DNA from: Burkholderiaceae bacterium
GTDB taxonomy: Bacteria > Pseudomonadota > Gammaproteobacteria > Burkholderiales > Burkholderiaceae_E
Assembly: GCA_023954045.1 (NCBI GenBank)
Contig: JAMLIR010000023.1
Coordinates: forward strand, 681 to 64,680
Direction: 5' to 3'
DNA length: 64,000 nucleotides
Made by a program: the position numbers and the translations under genes. How positions within the stretch are numbered: the first letter of the stretch is position 1; each line of letters starts with the position of its first letter. A model generated the notes under the pieces. The model saw only the letters and a list, made by a program, of their open reading frames with translations, made no database searches and had not been told where the DNA came from. Below, piece by piece: positions 17,870-27,130 of the stretch.

Positions 17870-18640
17870 GTGCAGGGGAAAGTGGCGATCGTGACGGGGG
17901 CGGCCAGCGGAATCGGGGAGGCGTGCGCGCAGGCGTTCGCACGCGCCGGCGCGCACGTGGCGATGTTCGACCGCGACGCTGCGGCGCTCTCTGCGGCAGC
18001 CGCAGGGATCGACGGCGCGCTCGCGGTCGTCGTCGACGTGGCCGACGGCAAGTCGGTCGAGGCTGGCGTGCGCGCCGCCTGCGACGCGTTCGGCGGCGTG
18101 GACATCCTGGTCAACAGCGCCGGCATCGAGTCGACGTACACGATCGAGCGGATGCCGCAGCAGGAGTGGGACCGGGTGATCGAGGTCAACCTGCGCGGGG
18201 TGATGCTGTGCACCCAGGCGGTGGTCGAACCGATGAGCGCGCGCGGGGGCGGCGCCGTGGTCAACATCGCCTCGATCGCCGGAAAGCGGATCTCCTATCA
18301 CGGCGGCGCGGCCTACACCGCGTCGAAGTCCGGGGTGCTGGGGTTCACGCGGCACGCGGCGTTCGAACTCGGCATCCGGCACATTCGCGTCAACGCGATC
18401 TGCCCCGGGCCTACACTGACGCCGATGATCCGGCGCAACGCGACCGAGGCGGAGATCGCGCGCACCGTGAAGACGATTCCGCTCGGGCGATGGGTCCAAC
18501 CCTCCGAGATCGCTTCTGCGGCACTGTTCTTCGCCAGCGACGCGGCGGCGATGTGCACCGGCACCTCGATCGACGTCGATGGCGGCGTGCTGGTGTCCAA
18601 CGGCAGTTCGTACGAAGATTACTTTGCGCGGCGACGCTAG
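17870..18640 (+). CDS. Short-chain dehydrogenase/reductase
   Basis: TGAASGIG, NSAG, YTASK; GTG start. Confidence 0.92.
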   Translation: MQGKVAIVTGAASGIGEACAQAFARAGAHVAMFDRDAAALSAAAAGIDGALAVVVDVADGKSVEAGVRAACDAFGGVDILVNSAGIESTYTIERMPQQEWDRVIEVNLRGVMLCTQAVVEPMSARGGGAVVNIASIAGKRISYHGGAAYTASKSGVLGFTRHAAFELGIRHIRVNAICPGPTLTPMIRRNATEAEIARTVKTIPLGRWVQPSEIASAALFFASDAAAMCTGTSIDVDGGVLVSNGSSYEDYFARRR

Positions 18641-18661
18641 CCGCAACCAGGGGAGACCGAC

Positions 18662-19651
18662 ATGAACCGACGCATCCTCGCAATCGCGGCCGCCGTCGGC
18701 TGCGCTGCCGTCCTGGCGGTCGCGCCTGCGCGCGCGCAGACCACCTTCAGGATGGCGTTCGTGGCCCCTCCGCCGGTTTGGGGCCCGATCGCCGACTACT
18801 ACGGCGAGCAGGTGGCGAAACTGACCAACGGCGCGATCAAGGTGCAAGGTGTCGGCGGCGGTCAGCTCGGCAACCTGCCGCAGAACTACGCGGGGCTGAA
18901 GACGGGCCAGATCGACATGATGCTCGCCGACACCGGCACGCTGGCGCTGGCCCGCGGCGGCAAGGATTTCAACGCGCTGTTCGCTCCATACGTCTTCCAC
19001 GACCACGCGCATTTCCGCAAATTCATGTTCTCGAAGACCTTCTCCGACATGCTCGCGCCGGTCGAGAAGGAGGCAGGCTTCAAGTACATCGGCTACGTGT
19101 CGGACCGCGCCCCCCGGCAACTGACGACCGCCAACACCCGGGTGACGAAGCCGGAAGACATGAAGGGCCTGAAGGTGCGCGTGCCCGAGACGCCGACCAT
19201 CCTCGAAGTATTCAAGGCCTGGGGAGCGGCACCGACGCCGGTTGCTGCGGCCGAGCTCTACCTGGCGATGAAGCAGGGCATCGTCGACGGACAGGACAAC
19301 GGGTTCGACGCGATCGCCGGTGCCAAGTACTACGAGGTACAGAAGTACGCGATCCGCATCGACTACATCCAGTCCGCGCTCATGGTCCTGATGGCCGAGA
19401 GCAAGTGGAACGCGCTGAGCCCGGCGCACCGGCAGGCCATGCTCGACGCCGCGATCGCAACGGAGAAGTGGGCCAGCAAGCGAACCTGGGAGGTGAGCGA
19501 CAAGTCGATCGCGGTGCTCAGGGAAAAGGGCATGGAGATCGTCGAGCCCGATCTGGCGCCGTTCAAGGCGTCGGCAGCGAAGGCCTTGAGCGCGCTCGAC
19601 GGAAACCTCTGGAGCAAGGGAACGCTCGAGAAGATCGCGGCCGAGCGATAG
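18662..19651 (+). CDS. dctP: TRAP substrate-binding protein
   Basis: Signal peptide; GLKVRVP, ELYLAMKQGIVDGQDN. Confidence 0.92.
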   Translation: MNRRILAIAAAVGCAAVLAVAPARAQTTFRMAFVAPPPVWGPIADYYGEQVAKLTNGAIKVQGVGGGQLGNLPQNYAGLKTGQIDMMLADTGTLALARGGKDFNALFAPYVFHDHAHFRKFMFSKTFSDMLAPVEKEAGFKYIGYVSDRAPRQLTTANTRVTKPEDMKGLKVRVPETPTILEVFKAWGAAPTPVAAAELYLAMKQGIVDGQDNGFDAIAGAKYYEVQKYAIRIDYIQSALMVLMAESKWNALSPAHRQAMLDAAIATEKWASKRTWEVSDKSIAVLREKGMEIVEPDLAPFKASAAKALSALDGNLWSKGTLEKIAAER

Positions 19652-19682
19652 CGCATCCGCCAGCGCCGCTGGCTCCGGTCGC

Positions 19683-20141
19683 ATGCTCGGGCGCCTCGAT
19701 CGCTTCGTCGAGTTCACGATCGGCGCGATCGCCGTCGCGCTGATCGCCACGGCGTTCGGCCAGGTCGTCGCGCGCTACGTGTTCGGGCAGTCGTTCGCGT
19801 GGGTGCTCGAAGTCGACGTCATGCTGATGGTCTGGCTCACGATGCTCTCCGGCTACGTCGGCGTGCGCCGCCGCGCGCACATGGCGACCGACTTCCTGGT
19901 GGCGTCGCTCTCGCCCGCCTGGCGGCGGCGCGCCTCGATCCTTGCGTGGACGCTGTGCGCGCTGCTCGTCGCGATCGTCGGCTGGACCAGCCGGATCATC
20001 GTCGACTCGATGAGCGGCATGTATTTCGTCTCGATCCACGTCGAGCAGACCGTGATGTACGCGAGCCTGCCGGTCGGCATGGGCCTGATGCTGCTGGCGA
20101 TCGTCGTCGAGCTGGCCGGCCTGGTGCGCGGCAGGGCGTGA
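19683..20141 (+). CDS. dctQ: TRAP small permease
   Basis: 4 TM; VVARYVF, HMATDFL. Confidence 0.88.
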   Translation: MLGRLDRFVEFTIGAIAVALIATAFGQVVARYVFGQSFAWVLEVDVMLMVWLTMLSGYVGVRRRAHMATDFLVASLSPAWRRRASILAWTLCALLVAIVGWTSRIIVDSMSGMYFVSIHVEQTVMYASLPVGMGLMLLAIVVELAGLVRGRA

Positions 20142-21448
20142 TGCTTCAGCAGCTCCTGCCTTTCTGCGTCCTGATGGGAGCGTTCCTGGCGCTGCTGGCG
20201 TTGGGGGTGCCGGTGTTCTTCGCGATGGGGCTCGCGTCGCTGTCGTTCATCCTGGCGATGGGAGGGCAGGTCCCCTTCAACGTGCTGGCCTCGACGCTGA
20301 TCCAGGGCATCGACTCGTTCGCGTTCCTGGCGATCCCGTTCTTCTTCGTGGCCGGCGAATTGATGAACACCGGCGGGATCACGCGGCGGCTGCTGGCATT
20401 CGCGGCGGCGCTGGTCGGACACATCCGCGGCGGGCTCTCGCACGTCGCGATCGTCGCGAGCATGGTGTTCTCGGGCGTGTCCGGATCGGCGGTCGCGGAC
20501 GCTACGGCGATCGGGGGCGCGCTGATCCCCGCGATGAAGGCCCAGAAGTATCCGCCCGAGTACGCGGCGGCGGTCGTCGCGGCGGCCTCGACGATGGGGC
20601 CGGTGATTCCGCCGTCGATCGCGTTCGTGGTCTATGCGTTGGTCACCGAGACGTCTGTCGGCGAGCTCTTCCTGGCGGGCGCGCTGCCCGGGCTGATGAT
20701 GGGCATCTGGTTGCTGGCTGCGGCGAGCCTGATCGCGCGGCGCCGCGCGTTTCCTTTCTCGCCGCGGGCGACCGTCGCGCGCGTGTTCGCGACGCTGCGC
20801 GATGCGATCTTCGCGCTGCTGATGCCCGTGATCATCCTCGGGGGGATCGTCGGCGGCGTCGTGACGCCAACCGAGGCCGGGGTGATCGCGGTGGTCTATG
20901 CCGCGCTGGTGGGCCTGTTCGTCTACCGCGAGATGCGACTGGCCGATCTCTGGCGGGTGCTGTGCGAGTCGACGATCAACTCCGGCCTGATCCTGCTGAT
21001 GGTCGCGGCGTCGGGGACGTTCTCGTGGCTGGTCGCAAACATGGCGATCGGCGATACGCTGGTGAGGTTCTTCACCTCGCTCACCGACAGTCGCTGGGTG
21101 ATGCTGGCAGTCATCAACGTGTTCTTCCTGGTCTGGGGTCTTGCGCTCGAGCCGCCCGTCGCGCTGGTGACGATGGTGCCGCTGCTGGTGCCGCTGGCGA
21201 ATGCGTACCAGATCGACCTCATCCACCTCGGCGTCGTGGTGGTTCTGAACCTGATGATCGGGCAGTTGACGCCACCGTCCGGTGTCATCACCTTCCTGAC
21301 CGCGCAGATCGCCGGTGCGCCGCTCGGCGCGGTCTTCAGGGAGGCGACGCCTTTCATGGTCGCGCTGCTCGTGGTGCTGTTGTTGATCACCTATGTGCCG
21401 GCGATCGCGTTGTGGTTGCCCGGCCTGCTCATGGGCAGGCCGGGATAG
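20141..21448 (+). CDS. dctM: TRAP large permease
   Basis: FLAIPFFFVAGELM, FSGVSGSAVAD, VIPPSI, GQLTPP. Confidence 0.93.
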   Translation: MLQQLLPFCVLMGAFLALLALGVPVFFAMGLASLSFILAMGGQVPFNVLASTLIQGIDSFAFLAIPFFFVAGELMNTGGITRRLLAFAAALVGHIRGGLSHVAIVASMVFSGVSGSAVADATAIGGALIPAMKAQKYPPEYAAAVVAAASTMGPVIPPSIAFVVYALVTETSVGELFLAGALPGLMMGIWLLAAASLIARRRAFPFSPRATVARVFATLRDAIFALLMPVIILGGIVGGVVTPTEAGVIAVVYAALVGLFVYREMRLADLWRVLCESTINSGLILLMVAASGTFSWLVANMAIGDTLVRFFTSLTDSRWVMLAVINVFFLVWGLALEPPVALVTMVPLLVPLANAYQIDLIHLGVVVVLNLMIGQLTPPSGVITFLTAQIAGAPLGAVFREATPFMVALLVVLLLITYVPAIALWLPGLLMGRPG

Positions 21449-21496
21449 AACGGGCAAGGCACGGCCCGCAGGGTTACAGAGAAGCAGGCGACTACG

Positions 21497-22168
21497 ATGA
21501 TCACCGTCCACCACCTGAACAACTCGCGCTCGCAGCGCGTGCTGTGGCTGCTCGAGGAACTCGGCCTCGACTACGAGATCGAGCGCTACGAGCGCGACCC
21601 GAAGACGATGCTCGCGCCGGCCTCGTTGCGCGCGGTGCATCCGCTGGGCAAGTCGCCGGTGATCACCGAGGACGGCGTCACGATCGCCGAATCCGGCGCG
21701 ATCATCGAGTACCTGCTCGAGCGCCACGGCAAGGGGCGACTGATTCCGCCCGCGGGCACGCCCGAGCGGCTGCGCTTCACCTACTGGCTGCACTTCGCCG
21801 AGGGATCGGCGATGTCGCCGTTGCTGCTGAAGCTGATCTTCAGCCGCCTGCCGCGCCAGCCGATGCCCTTCGTCGTGCGGCCCGTCGTCCGCGCGGTCAG
21901 CGAGCGGGTGCTGAAGACCTTCGTCGACCCGCAGCTGCGCGCGCACCGCGACTTCATGGAGGCCGAGCTCGGCAAGAGCGCCTGGTTCGCGGGCGAGGCC
22001 TTCACCGCGGCCGACATCCAGATGAGCTTCGTCGTCGAGGCGTCGGCGGCGCGCGGCGGGCTGGACAAGCGCTACCCGAAGCTGGCCGACTGGCTGGAGC
22101 GCATTCACGCGCGGCCCGCCTATCGGCGCGCGCTGGAGAAGGGCGGGCCTTACGAACTGATGAGCTGA
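21497..22168 (+). CDS. Glutathione S-transferase
   Basis: SRSQRVLWLLEEL, HPLGKSPV, ESGAI, FTAADI. Confidence 0.93.
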   Translation: MITVHHLNNSRSQRVLWLLEELGLDYEIERYERDPKTMLAPASLRAVHPLGKSPVITEDGVTIAESGAIIEYLLERHGKGRLIPPAGTPERLRFTYWLHFAEGSAMSPLLLKLIFSRLPRQPMPFVVRPVVRAVSERVLKTFVDPQLRAHRDFMEAELGKSAWFAGEAFTAADIQMSFVVEASAARGGLDKRYPKLADWLERIHARPAYRRALEKGGPYELMS

Positions 22169-22173
22169 ACCCG

Positions 22174-22202
22174 TTGACACGCGCCGGCGCCGGGCGTACG
22201 GT
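22174..22202 (+). promoter_or_regulatory. Sigma70 promoter of the cupin-TetR operon
   Basis: TTGACA (22174-22179), 17-bp spacer, TACGGT (22197-22202). Confidence 0.65.
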
Positions 22203-22203
22203 A

Positions 22204-22229
22204 CCGACTAGACCGATTGGTCTAGTCGG
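22204..22229. promoter_or_regulatory. NemR-type TetR operator
   Basis: CCGACTAGACC-GATT-GGTCTAGTCGG perfect 11-4-11 palindrome containing TAGACC-N4-GGTCTA. Confidence 0.8.
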
Positions 22230-22295
22230 CGGCGAGCCCCGACTCGTCGCCCCGGGGCGCCTTCGCGGCGCGCGCTTCGACGAGGAGACACGACG

Positions 22296-22688
22296 ATGCG
22301 GATTTCCAAGGAACACGTGGACCTGCAGATGGCCATTCCCGGCGCGGTGATCCGCCAACGGACGGACTTCGGCGACGCCACCGGGCTGGGCAAGATCAGC
22401 GGCGAGGTCTTTTCGCTGGCCGCGGGCGTCGACACGACGCCGCTGTTCCAGGGGCTCGAGGGGGACTGCTGCCAGTGCCCGCATTGGGGCTTCGTGCTGC
22501 GCGGGCGCGTCACCACGACCGACGCGAACGGCGTGCAGGAGACGGTCGAGGCGAACGACCTGTTCTACTGGCCGCCGGGCCACAACGTGCGCGTCGACGA
22601 CGACGCCGAGCTGATCATGTTCAGCCCGCAGCACGAGCACAGGCGCGTGATCGCCCACATGGCCGAGAGAATCGCCGGATCGAAATAG
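22296..22688 (+). CDS. Cys-rich cupin-fold protein
   Basis: CCQCPHWGFVLRG...FYWPPGH; GAGGAG RBS. Confidence 0.75.
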   Translation: MRISKEHVDLQMAIPGAVIRQRTDFGDATGLGKISGEVFSLAAGVDTTPLFQGLEGDCCQCPHWGFVLRGRVTTTDANGVQETVEANDLFYWPPGHNVRVDDDAELIMFSPQHEHRRVIAHMAERIAGSK

Positions 22689-23264
22689 ATGACGCATGCG
22701 ACGAAGCGGCGCCTGCTCGATGCGGGTCTGGCCATGCTGCTGAAGCACGGCTACAACGACCTCGGCATCCAGGCGCTGCTCGAGGCGACCGGCGTCCCGA
22801 AGGGCTCGTTCTACCACCACTTCCGCGACAAGGAGGCCTTCGCGCTCGAGGTCGTCGACGAGTACATGCGCAACGTCCACGCGGGGCTCGACGCGTGCCT
22901 GGGCGACGAGACGGTACCTCCGCTGGAGCGGGTGCGCGGCTTCTTCGTCGCCTCGCAGGACAAGTACCGCGAGGAGGGGTACATGGGCTGCCTTCTCGGC
23001 GGCCTGGGACAGGAGCTCTCCGGCGTGAGCGACGTCTTCCGCGGCAAGATCGAGTGGTGCTTCGGCGAGATCGCCGCGCGCATCGCCGCGTGCCTGAAGG
23101 AGGCTCGCGAGCGGGGCGACCTGCCGGCCGACTCGGACGTGAAGAAGCTGGCAGGCTTGCTGGTCGACTGCTGGGAGGGCGCCGCGCTGCGCAGCCGGCT
23201 GCGGCGCGATCCGGCGCCGCTGGGCGAGATGCTCGACTTCTACTTCGGCAGGGTGGCGGCGTAG
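22689..23264 (+). CDS. TetR-family regulator (NemR/LmrA-like)
   Basis: GVPKGSFYHHF, GCLLG, WEGA; abuts the cupin stop. Confidence 0.9.
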   Translation: MTHATKRRLLDAGLAMLLKHGYNDLGIQALLEATGVPKGSFYHHFRDKEAFALEVVDEYMRNVHAGLDACLGDETVPPLERVRGFFVASQDKYREEGYMGCLLGGLGQELSGVSDVFRGKIEWCFGEIAARIAACLKEARERGDLPADSDVKKLAGLLVDCWEGAALRSRLRRDPAPLGEMLDFYFGRVAA

Positions 23265-23286
23265 CTCCGGGCGGCTGCTGCGCCGC

Positions 23287-23886
23287 TCACTCGGTCTCCG
23301 CGAAGGTGTGCGCGATCTCGGCGAAGTTGTGCGCGATCTCGGGCACTTCGATCACGGTGCCGAGCTGCCGCTCGATCTGCGCACGCGAGATCACGCCGCG
23401 CACGCGCTCGGGTGCCGATCCGGAGGCGGCTTCGATGACCAGCAGGTGGTTGCGGCCGTGCTTCTTCAGCGTCGCGACCAGGTTGCTCACGCGCGCGCGC
23501 TTCAGCGCCTCGTAGTCGATCGCATCGAGCATCGACAGCGGCGTCATCGCATCGGCCACGCACAGCTCCTCGTAGCGCGCGTGGCGCTGCTGCGCGGCGC
23601 GAACCAGGCGGTCTCCGCGCAGGTCGGTCGTGGTGATGAGGCCCTCCAGCGAGGGCATCTCGCTGACGACGAAGAGCATCCGCACGCCCTGGTGGATCAT
23701 GATCTGCTCGGCCTGCCGCAGCGTCGTCGTCGGGTGCGTCGTCGCCGCGCGCACCTGCGTCAGGTCGGTCATCACGTCCAGGGCCGGCGAGTCGAGCGTC
23801 ACCGCCGCCGTCGGCGACGGCGATGTCTGCGCCACCGGAATGCCGGCCGGCAGGCTGCGGGCCGGAAGGGGGGAATCCGGAAGCAT
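23287..23886 (-). CDS. CBS-domain protein
   Basis: ALDVMTDL, GLITTTDL, VADAMTP, GVISRAQI. Confidence 0.8.
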   Translation of the reverse strand: MLPDSPLPARSLPAGIPVAQTSPSPTAAVTLDSPALDVMTDLTQVRAATTHPTTTLRQAEQIMIHQGVRMLFVVSEMPSLEGLITTTDLRGDRLVRAAQQRHARYEELCVADAMTPLSMLDAIDYEALKRARVSNLVATLKKHGRNHLLVIEAASGSAPERVRGVISRAQIERQLGTVIEVPEIAHNFAEIAHTFAETE

Positions 23887-24058
23887 GAAGGCCTCCCGAT
23901 GAAAATGGGACGCAGAATCGGTCCGAACGCCGTCACCTTACGCCCATTCCGGATGCGATGCCAACCGGGCCGGCGATCGAGCGCACGGAGCCGTTGCGCG
24001 GCGCCGGCGGTGCGCCTACGCTGCACGGCAGGCGCATCGCGGACCCCGAGGAGGCCTT

Positions 24059-25483
24059 ATGTCGGCAGTGCCCACCCCACAGGCGAGCGCCGTTCCCGGC
24101 CGCGCGCGCGGGTTTCTCTCCGGTGCGCGCGAGATCGAGGACGCCGAGGTCGGCGTGCGCGGGGCGCTGCCGCCGTGGCTGCGCGGCACGCTGCTGCTCA
24201 ACGGCCCGGCCCTCTGGGAATTGCCCGGCGGGCGGCTCGAACACTGGTTCGACGGCTACGCGATGTGGCACGCGCTGCGCATCGACGGCACCGGCGTGCG
24301 CTATCGGAGCCGCTTCTGCGCGAGCGAGTCGTACCGGCGCAGCGTCGCGGCCGGAGCGCCGGTCTACGGCGAATTCGGCACCGCGAATCCGGCGGGGCTG
24401 ATCGCGCGGCTGACGTCGCCGAAGGTCACCGACAACCCGGCGGTGGTGATGTCGCGTCACGGCGAGCGCTGGCTGTCGGTCACCGAGACGCCGAGCCTGA
24501 CCTACTTCGATCCCCGGACGCTGCAGACGCTCGAACGGCTCGACCTCGGTCGCCGCGAGGAGCCGATGCACCTGATGAGCGCGCACGGCTTCACGCTGCC
24601 CGACGGCAGCTATCTCAACGTGGCCACGGCGCTCGGAGCGAAGTGCGAAATGAAGCTGTTCCGGCTCGCGCCGGGCTCGGTGCATCCCCAGGTGATCGGC
24701 CGGATGAGGATGCCGAAGTCGGGCTACACGCATGGTTTCGGCCTCGCGCCCGGCCATGCGCTCGTCTGGGAGACCGCTCTTCGGGCGCAGCCGCTGGCCT
24801 TCCGCTTCGGCGCGAAATCGTATGCCGACAACTTTCGCTGGGATCCCGAAGGCGGCTCGGTCGTCCACGCGGTGGCGCTCGACACGGGCGGCGTGCGCAG
24901 CTGGCGCATTCCCCCGATGATGGCCTTTCACGCGACGCAGGCCTGGGCGGACGGCGGCGACCTCGTGCTCGAGATCGCCATCTATGACGACGGCGTGGTG
25001 TTCGACGACCTGCGGCTGGAGCGCCGCCGTGCCGGCTTGCCGATGCGCAGCCGGATGCGTCACGTGCGCTACCGCCTGCGCGACGGGCGCCGCGACGCCG
25101 AGCCCGAGCCGATCGCCGGCGCCGCGATCGAGCTGCAGCAGGTACACCCCGAGCGGATCGGCCGCGGCCGGGCGCGGGTCTGCTGGGGGGCTGGCAACGG
25201 AGAGCGCGGCGAGCTGTTCGACTGCACGCACCGTGTCGACCTGGACAGCGGCGCGGTGACGACCTGGCGGCGCGCCGGTGCGACGCACCTCGAGCCGCTG
25301 TTCGTTGCACGGCCCGGAGGCACGGCCGACGACGACGGCGTGCTGCTGGTGCCCACGCTCGCGGATTCCGACGAGACGACCGTGGTCGGCGTCCTCGATG
25401 CGCGCACGATGGACTGCGTGGCCGAACTGCGCGCGCCGCAGATCGTTCCGTTCGGATTCCACGCGGCGTTCAGCGCGGCGTAA
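24059..25483 (+). CDS. Carotenoid cleavage oxygenase (RPE65/CCO) family protein
   Basis: HWFDG, EFGT, TDN; candidate Fe-ligand histidines in SAHG, YTHGF, AFHA, FGFHA; EPLFV. Confidence 0.88.
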   Translation: MSAVPTPQASAVPGRARGFLSGAREIEDAEVGVRGALPPWLRGTLLLNGPALWELPGGRLEHWFDGYAMWHALRIDGTGVRYRSRFCASESYRRSVAAGAPVYGEFGTANPAGLIARLTSPKVTDNPAVVMSRHGERWLSVTETPSLTYFDPRTLQTLERLDLGRREEPMHLMSAHGFTLPDGSYLNVATALGAKCEMKLFRLAPGSVHPQVIGRMRMPKSGYTHGFGLAPGHALVWETALRAQPLAFRFGAKSYADNFRWDPEGGSVVHAVALDTGGVRSWRIPPMMAFHATQAWADGGDLVLEIAIYDDGVVFDDLRLERRRAGLPMRSRMRHVRYRLRDGRRDAEPEPIAGAAIELQQVHPERIGRGRARVCWGAGNGERGELFDCTHRVDLDSGAVTTWRRAGATHLEPLFVARPGGTADDDGVLLVPTLADSDETTVVGVLDARTMDCVAELRAPQIVPFGFHAAFSAA

Positions 25484-25640
25484 CGGCGTCGCCCGCGGTG
25501 CGGGTCGCCTCCGGCACGACGAACGATTCAGTCCCGAATCGACACCCTGCGTGACCTTGTTCTCGTTTGCTGCGCGTTCGGGCTCATCCCCTGAGCTTCG
25601 CCGCGAGCATGATGGCGGCCTGACCCCTTGCCTCGCGACC

Positions 25641-26189
25641 ATGTCCCACGCTCCAGACGTCCACACCAGCGAGACCGATCCGCTGCGGATTGCCGCCGTT
25701 GCCGCCGCCGGCGGCGCGATCGGCCTCTCGATCTGCCCCGGCAAGCACGCGCCGCGCTTCGACGGGGGGTGGTGGCGCCGCGACCTCGATGCCGACCTCG
25801 CGCGGGTGCGCGGCTGGGGCGCGGGCAGCGTCGTCACGCTGATCGAAGACCACGAGTTCGACGCGCTGCGCGTGAGCGCGCTGCCCGAGCGCGTGCAGAA
25901 GCTCGGCATGGGCTGGCACCACCTCCCGATCCCCGACGGCGGCGTGCCCGACGCGGGTTTCGCGCTGCGCTGGCAGTACTCGGGGCTCGCGCTGCGCCAG
26001 GCGCTGCAGCGCGGCGAGCGAATCTTCGTTCACTGCCGCGGCGGCCTCGGGCGCGCGGGCATGGTATCGGCGCGCCTGCTGGTCGAGCGGGGCGAGACCG
26101 CCGCCGACGCGATCGCGCGCGTGCGCGCCGCGCGTCCCGGCGCGATCGAGAACCGCGCACAGGAATCGTGGGTCGACAGCGGACTCTGA
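25641..26189 (+). CDS. CDKN3-like Cys-dependent phosphatase
   Basis: HTSETDPLRI, CPGK, HLPIPDGGVP, HCRGGLGRAG, RPGAIE. Confidence 0.85.
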   Translation: MSHAPDVHTSETDPLRIAAVAAAGGAIGLSICPGKHAPRFDGGWWRRDLDADLARVRGWGAGSVVTLIEDHEFDALRVSALPERVQKLGMGWHHLPIPDGGVPDAGFALRWQYSGLALRQALQRGERIFVHCRGGLGRAGMVSARLLVERGETAADAIARVRAARPGAIENRAQESWVDSGL

Positions 26190-26226
26190 AGCATAATCTG
26201 CGGCGCTTCGTTCGGAGATCGCGCCC

Positions 26227-27108
26227 ATGCCCCGCCCCCAGCCCGCCATCCTGCTTCCGATCCCGGCGGCAGCCCGCTACCTGTCCTTCGTGGTCACGCC
26301 GGGCGCCGACTCGCGCGGCGCGCTGAAGACGCTGGCGACCCTGGTCGACGGCGAGCGCTGTGTCGCCGGGCTCGGGGCTTCGCTGGTCGCGTCGCTGGGC
26401 GCCAGGATCGCGGGCCTGCACAGTTTCCCCGCGCTGCAGTCCACGCGGCTCACCATTCCGTCGACGCCGACCGATCTCTGGCTGTGGCTGCGCGGCGACG
26501 ACGCCGGCGAGCTGTTCCACCGCTCGCGCCGCATCGAGGACGCGCTGGCGCCGGCGTTCCAGCTGGTCGACCTCACGTCGGCGTTCCGCCACGGCGACGG
26601 CGACGACCTGACCGGCTACGAGGACGGCACCGAGAACCCGAAGGACGACGAGGCGGTCGCCGCAGCGATCGTGGCCGAGGGTGGCGCCGCGCCCGCGGGC
26701 TCGAGCTTCGTCGCCGTGCAGCGCTGGGTGCACCGCTTCGACCTGTTCGAAGCGATGTCGCCGCAGGAGCAGGACGCGACCTTCGGCCGTCGCCGCGACG
26801 ACAACGAGGAGATCGACGATGCGCCGCCCTCGGCGCACGTCAAGCGCACCGCGCAGGAGAGCTTCGACCCGACCGCGTTCGTCGTGCGCCGCTCGATGCC
26901 CTGGTCCGACGGCCGGCGCGCCGGGCTGGTGTTCGTCTCGTTCGGAAAGAGCTTCGACGCGTTCATCGCGCAACTGAAGCGGATGGCCGGGCTCGAAGAC
27001 GGCATCGAGGATGGACTGTTCCGCTTCACGCGCCCGGAGACCGGCGGCTATTATTGGTGCCCGCCGGTGCGCGAAGGTCGCCTCGACCTGTCCGCGCTGA
27101 AGCTCTGA
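26227..27108 (+). CDS. Dyp-type peroxidase
   Basis: DLTGYEDGTENP (GxxDG), SAHVKR, VRRSMPW. Confidence 0.92.
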   Translation: MPRPQPAILLPIPAAARYLSFVVTPGADSRGALKTLATLVDGERCVAGLGASLVASLGARIAGLHSFPALQSTRLTIPSTPTDLWLWLRGDDAGELFHRSRRIEDALAPAFQLVDLTSAFRHGDGDDLTGYEDGTENPKDDEAVAAAIVAEGGAAPAGSSFVAVQRWVHRFDLFEAMSPQEQDATFGRRRDDNEEIDDAPPSAHVKRTAQESFDPTAFVVRRSMPWSDGRRAGLVFVSFGKSFDAFIAQLKRMAGLEDGIEDGLFRFTRPETGGYYWCPPVREGRLDLSALKL

Positions 27109-27130
27109 TCCCGGCGGCGCGGGAGACGAC

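Noticed and set aside
16616-19750. 1044-aa antisense ORF and 914-aa alternative-frame ORF over the dehydrogenase/TRAP operon
   Set aside because: Arg/Gly/Ala-rich shadow ORFs typical of high-GC DNA; the region is fully explained by motif-bearing genes.
26227-27108. DyP as encapsulin cargo
   Set aside because: The C-terminus (GRLDLSALKL) lacks a GSLxIGSL-like targeting peptide and no encapsulin gene is adjacent.
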